In this document: positions 51,777 through 64,000 of the stretch, one piece after another | Layout: every line of letters begins with the position of its first letter | Position numbering within the stretch: position 1 is the first letter of the stretch | Origin: Octopus sinensis | Taxonomy: Eukaryota | Direction of reading: 5' to 3' | Length of the DNA: 64,000 nucleotides | NCBI RefSeq assembly: GCF_006345805.1 | Contig: NC_042999.1 | Location: 18,848,001-18,912,000, forward strand | Made by a program: the position numbers and the translations under genes | Notes under the pieces: generated by a model | Databases searched by the model: none | What the model saw: only the letters and a program-made list of their open reading frames with translations | Told to the model about the DNA's origin: nothing

Positions 51777-53774
51777 TTTGATTTAATAGTACCATTAGGC
51801 TATTGAATGTATTTAGTGAGGTGCGGAAGGTTAAGTCCAGGCCAAACATCCAATTTGAAAATTGCTCAGTATTTGATTAGTTACTCCTCTAACAGTAACA
51901 CAGGGTGTTGGGGCATCAGAAATGCTCTTCCTGACAAACTTATTAATTTTTGTAAAGTGACCCTAAAAATAATATTTAAAGTGCACATCCTCCATCGTTT
52001 AAACTTTTAAATTTCTGCTATCTTAAAATACATTCAAACAGATAAAGATTATTAAAATATCACCGATAATTAGTTGTCATTCGTTATGTTAATTATTGGT
52101 ACGACTGCTTTCCAGAACTCAACCCACATTTTTGTTTTGGATGTGGAGGTTGTATGTGCGCCACGTGTTAGTGTATATTCGTGTGTGTTCTCCTGGTTGT
52201 GTCTACGTGTGTGCGTCGTCTTCTTTGTGTGTGTGTGTGCTTGTCTTTTTGTGTCCTTTGAACTGAGCGACTGGTTTCACCAAGAAAATAGAACCGATTA
52301 ATTTCGATTTTATAACAGGTGGGGCAGACCCATTTTTGGTGAGGCTCTGAAAATATTGAAAAGGCGACACACAGATAGCTATGTTGAATGACATTGAAAG
52401 GTTTTTTATTGTTTAAACTTGTACACGTCACTGGCGGAGAAAGGATAATATGGGCGCAAGTAATATATTTTCTTTTCTTTAATAAAGACGAGGAAAACGA
52501 CTAACTGGCCGAATCATAAGCTACGCGTTTTGTTCGTCTTTGCGTCCTGAATTCAATTTCTTCTGAAGTCAACTTTGTTTTTCATCTTTTTCAGATCGAT
52601 GAAAGAAGTGCCAGTTGAGCATTGGTGTCGATGCAATTTACTTAAGCCCTTCCCAAAAATGTAAGTCCTTCTGCCTATAACGTAAAAAAGAATTGATCAC
52701 GGGGGATTGGGTAAAATATTCATATTTTTCAACGGAGCTGGGATTCTATTAGACTGCGAACCGCTGGATTACTAAGGTAGCTCCGTATTTGATCCTCTGA
52801 TATTTCACATCTCAACTAGTCTACCTCTAACAGCTATTACGTAATTTCTTGTGCACTCATTATCTTTTTTATTTCTGTCTATGATTTGACTCTTTCATTT
52901 CCTCTCACTATATATCTATCAATATGTCTCTTCCTTTCTCGTTCTCACTCTCTCTTTCTTCCTCTCTCTCACTTCCTCTCACATTCTCTTTAACTCTCTC
53001 TCTCTCGCTCTCTCTCTGTCATATCCTCTCTGTATATCCATCTAATTTCCACATATGATGCTTCATAGATTTTGGATAAGTTTAAGAGATATTTTGATAG
53101 CTTTAGGCAAGATGGCAAGATATTCTCATTTCACAGCATCAACAAAAGTACCGATAGAGAGAGATTATTATGTTGATAAGGCCAATCAGGATGATAATAA
53201 CGAGGAAGAGAAGGAGAACAAAATGAACCAAAGTGAGATTGCAAGAATGGATAGAAAAAGAAAGAGAAGATGAAAAAAAAGCAACCACAAAAACAAAAGG
53301 AACGAGCCTGTGATGCTAAAAGAAGATCTATGAAAGAGATTGGAACAGTATGAAAGTAAATGGTAGTAAGTAGTGGAGGCGATGTAAACGGTATGCAATT
53401 GTTATTACCATTGTCATCGTCCGCATCGCCATCGCCATCGCCATCATCACAACCATCATCATCATCCTGATCGTCATCGTCAATATTTAAAACATTATCA
53501 GGAAAAGCAGCATCATTATCTAATCCCGTCATCATTGCCGTTGTCATCGTTGTCGAAATTATACTACTGCCATTGCGGCTGGTATGACTACTATAAATAC
53601 TACTACACCAACCCGTGCCGCGGTCGCTGCCGCTTCCACCATTTCTCCCTCCAACACAACCACCAATAGTACCACCATCACACTACTACTGCCAATACAC
53701 TCCTCCTACTCCTATTCTTTATACACCTCCGCCTACTCATCCAACTCCGCCTCCTCTTACTACTACTATTACTG

Positions 53775-53966
53775 ATGCTGATAATAACAATGATACTAAT
53801 AATGATGATGATGATAATAATAATAATAACAATAATAATAATAATAATAATAATAATCATGATGATGATGATGATGATGCTAATAATAACGATAATAATA
53901 ATAATAATAATAATGATGATGATGATGAGGATGGTGATGCTAATAATAATAATAATAACAATAATG

Positions 53967-54009
<43 letters not shown>

Positions 54010-54371
54010 TGATGATGAGGATGGTGATGCTAATAATAATAATAATAACAATAATGATAATAATAATAATAATGATGATGATGATGAGGATGGTGATGCT
54101 AATAATAATAATAATAACAATAATGATAATAATAATAATAATAATAATGATGATGAGGATGGTGATGCTAATAATAATAATAATAACAATAATGATAATA
54201 ATAATAATAATAATAATAATTATAATGATGATGAGGAGGATGGTGATGCTAATAATAATAATAATAACAATAATGATAATAATAATGATAATAATGATAA
54301 TAATGATGATGATGCTAATAATAACGATAATAATAATAATAACAATAATAATAATAATAACAATAATAATG

Positions 54372-54403
<32 letters not shown>

Positions 54404-54464
54404 GATAATAATAATAATAATAACAATAATAATAATAATAATAATAACGATAATAATAATAATA

Positions 54465-54507
<43 letters not shown>

Positions 54508-54508
54508 T
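53775..54508. repeat. (AAT)n/(GAT)n compound array with higher-order unit
   Basis: gatgaggatggtgatgct(aat)n aacaataatgat unit repeated five times (53925-54280). Confidence 0.95.
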
Positions 54509-55210
54509 TTCTTCTTAATATTGTTGTAACAACAAAAATAACATCCCTGATAATAATAATAAGAATAAGAAGAGCATTAATGATAACAGTAACCAAACTG
54601 AGCATTATCAGCTTTATTATTATCGTTTTCATCGCAGTAATCATCTTATCTTCATGCGTTTTGTTTTAGCGTTCTTTTATTTTTTTTCATTTTATTTCGA
54701 GCAAAGTTTTTCGAAAACCAGCAATTAGTTTAATATGATATTTTTTCTCTCTTAAGGAGAGGGGAAAAAGTTTAGTTTGTTTTTTTGCGAATTTTTTTTT
54801 TGTTCTCTGAAATGATAACTAGGAAACTGTTGTATAGCGTAAAGCCTGCATATTCATCACCGTCCCACCGCAGCTACCATCTTTTATTTCATAATAGTTT
54901 TTGAGATACGTTCATTGGTGGATCTGTGATGAATTGGTTCTGGTGTATTTGAACTTCATTTGATTTTGATACAGGCTCGAGTGGTGAACAGGCAATGAAC
55001 TATAATTGCATTCGTTCTTCCTCCTTATCGACTTTCCGCTTCCGATATTATTAGGATATTGAGGTTTTATATAAGATGTAATCACGGTGATAAATCCTGA
55101 CACGATACAAATTATGCAAATCGTAAAAAAACACTTTGTCTACATAAATAGAACGCTAATTGAAAAAAACAAACCGATACACATTCACAAACACACCCAC
55201 ACGGAAACAG

Positions 55211-55214
<4 letters not shown>

Positions 55215-55265
<51 letters not shown>

Positions 55266-55455
55266 GTGTGGCTGATTGTGTATCTTACATACGCACACAA
55301 GTACGTAATATATAAATGGATACATATACACGTACACACATCTATATATGTACAGATATGTGTGCAAGACTATGTAAATATATACATATATGTATATTAT
55401 ACACATCCCAATAAACACATATATATGTATATATATGTATATATATATGTATATA

Positions 55456-55522
<67 letters not shown>
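55215..55522. repeat. (TA)n-rich arrays
   Basis: Direct reading. Confidence 0.9.
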
Positions 55523-55523
<1 letters not shown>

Positions 55524-56389
55524 GCAGGCGCTGGCAGGGAGAGAGAGCGAGAAAGAAAAAGTAATATAAATGGACTGTAATGTTCAATAAGTGTAATGGA
55601 GATGTTTGGGTATTATAAACGGCAAACAATATCGGAAAGAATGAAGAAAGACCTCGAGAAATTCTAAATTTGAATGAAAAGTTTTTTTTGCGTTTTTATT
55701 ATTTTTTTTATTTTTTTCAGATAGGGTGGGATAAAATTAAAAGAACAAATAAAGAAGATTTCGTATTCATTAAAAAAAATGAAAATACCATTGGAAAAAT
55801 AACGAAATAAATTTCCCTATTGAAGATAATTACGGTTATGGTGATGACGACAATGTTGATAAGATGTTTATTAGAAGCATAGTCGGTGCCAAAATTGCCT
55901 ATTGTTTTAACTCTTTATATTGTGTGGTTTATTATTTTTATCTCTTGGTTTAGTCGTTGTATTTTGAGACAATTCGAGGGGCGTACTTTTGTATGTGTGT
56001 CATGTATACTTAAGTGAGCGTTTGGTAAATGTGAATATAAAAGATAGGGCTATAAACAATACACAGAGATAGTTTCAACTTTTATTGTCTTTTTAGGTTT
56101 TGCCATTGTTGTTCTCATTTCACCTCCAGCAGACATTATTTGAGTAGAAGTTCACTCGAAGCCACGGCAACTACACCATTTCGTATCGTCTCCAATGGAA
56201 ACGAGCCAATACGACCACGCTGTACAAATGTAATTTTTATGAGGCTCGGATATTAGATGGGTTACAGAGAAATAGATTTGGCTGCTAGTTTTAGCATAAC
56301 GAACAACAGAAAACATAGTTCATCTCGTTGTTGCTGCTGTATGTAATGGTGGTGTGGTGGTTTTACATTATCATTGGCATTCTCTGTTA

Positions 56390-56693
56390 CTTTTCTTCTT
56401 TCTCTTCTTCCCCTTTTTCTTCTTCTTCTACCACTTCCCCTTCTTTTTCTTCCACTTCATCCACTTCTCCCCCTCCCCTTCTTCCTCTTCTTTATTCTCA
56501 TCCCCCCTCTTACGCTTCCCTTCCTCTTTCTCATCTTCTTTATCCACTTCCCCTTCCTCCTCTTCTTCTTCCTCATCTTCTTCTTCCTCAGCTTATTCTT
56601 CTTCTTCCTCTCCTTCCTCTTCTTCTTTCGCATCTACTTCATCTTCATCTTCATCTCTTCTTTTTCTACTTTCACCACCACTACAACAGGTAA

Positions 56694-56726
<33 letters not shown>

Positions 56727-57239
56727 GTTGCTGATGCTGCTGATGCTACTACTACTACTACGCTGGTGGTGGAATGTTCTCCTATTTTTAGCTTCTGACT
56801 CCACCATCGACGCCACCACCAAAACATTTACCACTACTATTACTACTACAAATATTAATACTAACACCATCCATAACTGTCACTACTACTCTTTCTGTTT
56901 CTTCAATTTATTCTGCTTCTTCTGTTCTTCCTTCTTCTTCTCCCTCTTCTTCCTCATCTTTTTCTTCCTCCTTTTCTTATTCTTCCTCTTATTCTCCTTG
57001 TTTCGCTTCTACCTCCTTCATCTTACCCTTCTTCTTCTTCCACTTCTTCCTCATCTTTTTTCTTCTACTTCCTCTTATTCTCCTTCTTTCGCTTCTACCT
57101 CACCTTCCTCTGCTCCTTCCTCTTCTTCTCCTTCTTCTACTACTAACACCACTATTACTACTACCATAACTACCACAACAGCAACAACGACAACAACAAT
57201 TACTGCTACTACTACTCTTACTCGTACTACAACAACTAT

Positions 57240-57304
<65 letters not shown>

Positions 57305-57305
57305 T

Positions 57306-57365
<60 letters not shown>
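56390..57365. repeat. Degenerate (CTT)n/(CCT)n and (CTA)n trinucleotide arrays
   Basis: Direct reading; source of poly-S/L/T/V ORFs. Confidence 0.93.
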
Positions 57366-57839
57366 CACGTCTATTTAGCTTTACCTTCAATTAATACTGC
57401 AATGACTACTACTTTCACAACATAAATGCTACTACCGCTGCTACTACTGATAGTATTATTTCTCTCGTTTTCTTATACGATTTTTCCGTTGTTTATCCAT
57501 TTTATCTGACTATGTACCCTAGCACAGTTTTTTATCAGGAAAGTCTATTACTATAAAATGCTCAATAGTTGTACTTTTTTGTGTAGTGTATATTTTTATT
57601 TCTTTTCACTTCTAGTTAATTTGTTTTTAGGCATCAGGTTTTTTCTTTATTATGTTATTTTTTTCATTATATATTTTACTAATCTAAGATTTAAGGAAAA
57701 AAGAAAAAAAAAACTCTTCTTCAGCACAAAATTAATGGTTTATATATAGTTTGACTCCATTATCATAGTTGTGAGGAAATAATCGCATTACTTCTTTTGT
57801 TTACTGTGTGTGAAAATATATTTTAGACTATATGCTTGT

Positions 57840-57860
57840 GTATATATGTATATATATATA

Positions 57861-57899
<39 letters not shown>

Positions 57900-57939
57900 T
57901 ATATGTGCAAATACATATATGGAGACATATATATATACA

Positions 57940-58003
<64 letters not shown>

Positions 58004-58050
58004 AATATATATATGTATGTGTATATATGTATATATATGCACACACATAT
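57840..58050. repeat. (TA)n/(CATA)n microsatellite
   Basis: Direct reading. Confidence 0.92.
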
Positions 58051-58346
58051 GTATACGCGTAAGTACATATACACTTGCATACAAACGTATACGTGTGTGG
58101 ATACAGATTTACTTTAAGGCATATATAAAAACACGACTATGTTCTGGATTGAAATTTTAACAATGGCGTATCTTTTTCTATGTTTTCAGATTTAATTCTG
58201 TCAATTTCCCAAATAGGACATCGTATTTGCTCCAATGTTGTTGTACCTTACTCAGTACAAGTGGCCGGAACAATATGATTGGCAGGAATCACCGATGTAA
58301 ATTAGATTTATATATTATCAATAGGTTCTATATTTTTGTTTGTCAT

Positions 58347-58474
58347 AGGCGCAGGAGTGGCTGTGTGGTAAGTAGCTTGCTAACCAACCACATGGTTCCG
58401 GATTCAGTCCCACTGCGTGGCATCTTGGCCAAGTGTCTACTATAGCCCCGGGCTATAAACCTGACGTGTATATG

Positions 58475-58511
<37 letters not shown>

Positions 58512-58716
58512 TTGTCCCCCTAGCATTGCTTGACAACCGATGCTGGTGGGGTTATGTCCCCGTCACTTAGCAGTTCGGCAAAAAGAGAACGATAGAATAA
58601 GTACTGGGCTTACAAAGAATATGTCCCGGGGTCGATGTGCTCGACTAAAGGCGGTGCTCCAGTATGGCCGCAGTCAAATGACTGAAACAAGTAAAAGAGT
58701 AAAAGAGAGTAAAGAG
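58347..58716 (+). mobile_element. SINE family B with internal rearrangement
   Basis: aggcgcaggagtggctgtgtggtaagtagc head; gtaaaagagt tail; middle block replaced by tatagccccgggctata. Confidence 0.9.
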
Positions 58717-58989
58717 TATCTCGAGTCATTATATCTGATACCATAACGATTGCGCCAATTTGCTGGCATCTATTTTCCGAATTTCTGAGAGCATTTATTA
58801 AATATTTAGAGTTGCAAATGCACCTCAATACAGACATTTTCGGATAAATTCCTGTAAATAATTGTTTGACATTTTACATTCAAGTGTGAAACACGACCAG
58901 GACTAATATTTCAATTCTTCAAACTCATCATCAAAATATGAAAAAACCTGTCAGGTATTGTTGTGAATACTATTGACAAATTGAAGAGA

Positions 58990-59375
58990 GAATCGTTCCC
59001 CCGCCGGGATAAAAGCTTACGGGCATTGCTTCCGACTTTGCGTTCTGAATTGAAATCCCACCGAGTTCTACTTCTTAGCCTTTCAGCATTTAGAGTCAAT
59101 AAAATAAGTATCGAGTGAATGTTTGATAGATTTGGTCGATTTATTCTCTCCTCACAAAATTGCTGGTGTTGTACCAAAATATGTGACCAACATTATTGAT
59201 GAACAGAAAGCGTTGAGCTGGCAAAACCATTACCGCACCGGCAAAAATGCTTAGCGTCATTTCGTCCGTCTTTACATTCTGAGTTCAAATTCCACCGAGG
59301 TCGACTCTGCCTTACACGGTTTTGAAGTCCATAAACGAAGTATCAGTTAAAAACTAGAGTCGATGTAATCAATTC
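58990..59375 (+). mobile_element. Two decayed SINE family A copies
   Basis: cgttctgaattgaaatcccaccgag at ~59041 and gagctggcaaaacc...ttctgagttcaaattccaccgaggtcgact at 59215-59310. Confidence 0.7.
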
Positions 59376-59924
59376 ATCTTGTCCCTGGAAATTATTGAAC
59401 TTGTGCCAACATTTGAAGTGCCGAAGTGATGGCATAAATTTCATGTCTTTATGTGTAAATCAGCAATTAATTGTCAAGCGATTGTAAGCTAAATGTTGAG
59501 GTGTATAAACAAACTTACATTTTATGTGTTTTATTAGGGGAGGGGTGATGTAGTACCTTGCAAATTCGCATTCAAGTAAAATCACTTAAATGTGATGTAT
59601 TTGTATTGGAGCATCTGTAAAGATAAACACATCTGACGGTCAACAATGTATATATTTAATCATATGACACTATCTAGATATACCCCATCATCATTTCTGA
59701 ATAACTATATAGATCTATAAGTTAATAAAGGCTATGAGAGTATGAGCCTTCCAAACAATTTGCAAGACATTTGGAAGGTTTCATTTTATATTACTAAAAA
59801 TATAAAAGCTAGAACACGAGTGTGGTCCCACCACAATACTTAATTAATTTTTGTAAATCTTTGGATACGTCTGGAGAGAGATTTACATAGTAAGTAAGTA
59901 ACGTTGCCTTCTCAAGTTATGCCG

Positions 59925-60140
59925 ACTGACTAGGGCCGGTTTCCTGGTTTCCGTTGCGTATAAATTCCCCAACTGAATGGGACGCCAGTCGGTCCGACGC
60001 AGGATTACTCATTCTTCGCAGCTGAGTGGACTGGACCAACGTGAAAGTGTTTTGCTCAAGAACACAAGGCATCGCCCAGTCCAGGAATCGAAACCGCAAT
60101 CCCCCGAACATGAGTCTAATACCCTGATCATTAAGCTACA
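59925..60140 (-). mobile_element. SINE related to 24887 copy
   Basis: Reverse complement has ggtttcgattcctggactggg...ttgtgttcttgagcaaaacactttcacgttg...gactggcgtccc. Confidence 0.8.
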
Positions 60141-60320
60141 AGAGGGTGCTATATGCTTTTGTTCATATATGCATATATGCATGCACATATATATGTGTGT
60201 GTGTGCGTGTGTGCGTATATATATATATATATAATCAACTAATAAGGGTGAGAAAATTGGCTGAAACCTAGCGGACCTATTTTTAGTGCTAGAGTAGACC
60301 ACATAGTGGTTACTCTCTTA

Positions 60321-60376
<56 letters not shown>

Positions 60377-60713
60377 CATGCGTACGCATACAGACACACA
60401 GACACATGCACACACACACATACACGATGTTGTATAGCACATGTAATACATTAGCTTCTGTTAGTGATCTGAAAACACGCGACTGAGCATAAGGAAAAAG
60501 AATTACCTGATTCTGCAGAGGATGTAATTCAGAAGAGATATTTGTACGGTACCTGTAGTAGTAGCAACAGAGCAGCTGATTGGTTGAGAAAGCATCATTG
60601 CTTTACAGCCTCATAAGAAACCCTATTCATTCTGAATATATCGAATCAACTTTCAACATATATATATATGTGCGCCTCTGTCATCTACCACTTGCACTTT
60701 CACTTTGCATATA

Positions 60714-60929
60714 CTTTTATTCTTTTACTCTTTTACTTGTTTCAGTCATTTGACTGCGGCCATGCTGGAGCACCGCCTTTAGTCGAGCAAATCGACCCCC
60801 GGGACTTATTCTTTGTAAGCCCAGTACTTATTCTATCGGTCTCTTTTGCCGAACAGCTAAGTGACGGGGACGTAAACACACCAGCATCGGTTGTCAAACA
60901 ATGGTAGGGGCATAAACACAGACACACAA

Positions 60930-60964
<35 letters not shown>

Positions 60965-61127
60965 CGACAGGCTTCTTTCAGTTTCCGTCTACCAAATCCA
61001 CTCACAAGGCTTTCGTCAGCCCGAGGCTATAGCAGAAGACACTCGCCCAAGATGCCACGCAGTGGGACTGAACCCTCAACCATTTGGTTGGTTAGCAAGC
61101 TACTTACCACACAGCCACTCCTGCGCC
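60714..61127 (-). mobile_element. SINE family B, full length
   Basis: Complete head, internal (TA)/(CA) array, 3' half and gtaaaagag tail. Confidence 0.93.
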
Positions 61128-61135
61128 ACACTGTG

Positions 61136-61263
<128 letters not shown>

Positions 61264-62430
61264 ATCAGTATGGTTCTCATAGAAATTAGATATCTTCTGT
61301 TAGATTTCTGTTTCTCTCTCTTTTATCCTTCGTTTAAATCAGTCAACTATATTGCTTCAAAGTTCTCTCAGTCTCTCTCAATTTCTCAGTTCTCACTCTA
61401 TATATACGCTACCTCACTTTCTACTCGCTGTTCTCTCCATAATTATATCTCTATATTACTTGTGTAGTGTTCATCACTATCTCTCTCACTCTCACTCTCT
61501 CACAAACACCCTCTCTCTGTCCACTTTCTCGTTCTTTCACTCTCCCGCACCCTGAATCTTATTGACTCTTTCTCTTCTCTTCTCTTTCTCAACATATCCT
61601 ACTTTGTCAATACGTTCAAGAGAAAATATTTGCTTAAGCTATATTTGAATTGTTTTAAGTAGTCAATATATTAATTTTTTTTTTTTAATTTCCTATTTCA
61701 ATGTCAAGGGTTAGAATTCTTATAGAGTCGTAAGATTTCAATCAAAATTGTTAGCGTTTGTTTGTATTGCATAATTGATTTTTGTTTGTGAAATATATTT
61801 TAGAAAAGTCGCATCCAGAATTGAAGAAGACTGCTAAAATCTGAGACGCTGTTATTTTTGTTTTTCAATTAAGTTGAAGGAAATGTTCATATATGAATTA
61901 ATATCATATTTCCTTCGTTTAATGATTTTATGAAAACTTGGACGTTTGTGGTTCTTCTAATACATACAGAATACGATGTGAACACCTTTGTAACTATCAA
62001 TGCATTTATAAAAGTATTGAAGGATTTCTTTCTAATGAAAGCAATTTAAGAAGCCATTCCAAAACAATGTTCGAACTTTGATACTGATCATTTCAAATGT
62101 TGAAGGAAATAAAGAAGAATGTTTCGTTTTCGAATATGTACTAAGTGACAAATATTGGATCCCCGTAATCTTCATCGTCTGTATAGTAGGCTCTTTATTA
62201 ATTATAATAAAAATCGCCACGTATACAGGCGGTTTCTAATTCATACATAACTCCAGAATGCACAAGATATTCCGACACTACACCATCCTCTCCTGATTAG
62301 AATAATAAAAATATCTTTCACATCGTTCGTAAGAGAAACGGAGAAAGCAACGACTTTGACTGTCGTGTGGAAGATGTTAATGAAGAATATAATTACTACA
62401 GCGGTGGTAGTGATCAATGACAAGTATTAA

Positions 62431-62832
62431 TAGTGGATGTGTGGTAAGTAGCTTGCTTAGCAGCCACATGGTTCCTGGTTCAGTCCCACTGCGTGGCACC
62501 TTGGGCAAGTGCCTTCTACTATAGCCCCGGCCGACTAAAGCCTTGTGAGTGGATATGGTAGACGGAAACTGAAAGAAACCCGTCGTATATATAAGTAAAT
62601 GTATATATACGAGTATGTGTGCATGTGTGTTTCTGTGTTTGTCCTCCCAACATCGTTTGAAAATCGATGCTGATGTTTTTACGTACCCGTAACGTAGCGC
62701 TACGGCAAAAGAGTCCGATAGAATAAGTACTAGGCTTCCAAAGAATAAGTCCTGGGTTCGATTTGCTCGACTAAAGGCGGTGCTCCAGCATGGCCGCAGT
62801 CAAATAATTGAAACAAGTAAAAGAGTAAAGAG
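62431..62832 (+). mobile_element. SINE family B
   Basis: gtgtggtaagtagcttgc...ggttcagtcccactgcgtggcaccttgggcaag...gaaacaagtaaaagagtaaag. Confidence 0.92.
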
Positions 62833-63579
62833 CAGTTTTAAAGTAGTTAAGCTGGACGCTATGTAAATTTTAACTTACACATATAGTAGATATCGCCGCT
62901 GATATTTCTCCTATCCTATTATGATATTCATCTGTTGGTGTAGGTATATGAAAGCAAACTTCAGGTATAAAAGAACAGCCAAATTATACTATTCCCAAAG
63001 ACTCCACTAGCTACCGGTGACAAGCTATTATAGTGGTCAAAACCTTTCCAAATAAATGCATTAATAACTAGATTACATTATAAAATGTGGTCTGAGATGC
63101 ATTATTTGAAAGTAAGATTTTAGCATTCGTCGTTTTATAGAATGGTACAATAGATTCAGCTTTAGGTCATCGTTGACATTTGGCTAAAGAGGTCAGCGAT
63201 AAGCATATTTTTCTTAGCCACTTACTGATTCATTCATTACTGTCTCTACGAAATCCTCTAGTGTTGCTTTCCGCGACCTTGTTCTTGAAAATGTACTGTA
63301 ATGAAATTCAACAGCAAGTCATCTCTGAAATTTGTTGTAGAAGTTTCATTGTATCTTAGAAATTCCAAAGTTTGAAACTTTATCTAAAGGAAAATATTGA
63401 TTTTGAGGATTAAATCTAGAAGCTAGTCTTGTTTGATAGTATTTACTTATAGGTATTTTATTTGTGTGTAAATAATTAATCAAAAGATTACCATCCATTA
63501 TAATTTTGTCTTATTTTCAGACAATATAGACAGGATAAATATTGGTTTCAAAAACTTCAAGTTTGGGGGAGGGAATAAT

Positions 63580-63925
63580 TTAATTACATTGACCTTAGTG
63601 TTCAGCTAGTACTTATTTAATCGACCCCACAAAGAATGAACGTTTACCTCGGCAGAATTTGAACTGAGAGCGTGCCGGCAGACGAGATACATATTTCTTT
63701 ACTACCCACAAGGGGCTAAACACAGAGAGGACAAACAAGGACAGACAAACGGATTAAGTCGATTATATCGACCCCAGTGCGTAACTGGTATTTTATTTAA
63801 TCGACCCGGAAAGGATGAAAGTCAAAGTCGACCTCGGCGGAATTTGAACTCAGAACGTAACGACAGACGAAATACCGCTAAGCATTTTACCTGCCATGCT
63901 AACGCTGCTACCAGCTTGCTGCCTT
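63580..63925 (-). mobile_element. SINE family A dimer-like arrangement
   Basis: Full monomer 63692-63925 joined at gacgagatac|atatttcttt to a more diverged, head-less unit 63580-63690. Confidence 0.85.
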
Positions 63926-64000
63926 AAAAAGGGATAAATATTAACATTGTTTGTTGCTCTTCTCTCTTAAATGGTAGAGTGTAACTTTTGAGCAATGTAT

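Noticed and set aside
51900-52010. RNALPDKLINF...FK resembling a CR1 terminus
   Set aside because: Too degenerate to call with confidence.
53615-54529. 304-aa Asn/Asp-rich ORF
   Set aside because: Trinucleotide array; non-ATG start, no domain, no splice evidence.
56328-57390. 334-aa and overlapping poly-S/L/T/V ORFs
   Set aside because: Low-complexity trinucleotide repeats.

Overview
AT-rich, repeat-dominated eukaryotic DNA with no recognisable host protein-coding exon. The tRNA-derived SINE families and the dense (TA)n/(GATA)n/(AAT)n arrays suggest an octopod cephalopod intron or intergenic region (inference from memory of these repeats). Almost all listed ORFs are microsatellite read-throughs. 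Real coding remnants are all retroelement-derived: a GC-rich, frameshifted Penelope-like element (RT + Cys-linker + GIY-YIG, ~8.63-11.41 kb, minus), a decayed second PLE (~16.7-17.7 kb), and R2-like, R4/Dong-like, RTE and CR1-like fragments. About 25 SINE copies or fragments from three families are present. The most unusual structures are (i) a near-perfect 1.53-kb palindrome with a 4-nt loop whose arms each end in a canonical PLE-type hammerhead ribozyme, (ii) two more long inverted repeats of different ages, (iii) several canonical and variant-core hammerhead motifs, one enclosed by 24-bp inverted repeats, (iv) a SINE dimer inserted as one unit, and (v) an A-B-A duplication whose B segment recurs 7 kb downstream. 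All alignments and folds were done by eye; coordinates may be off by a few bases.
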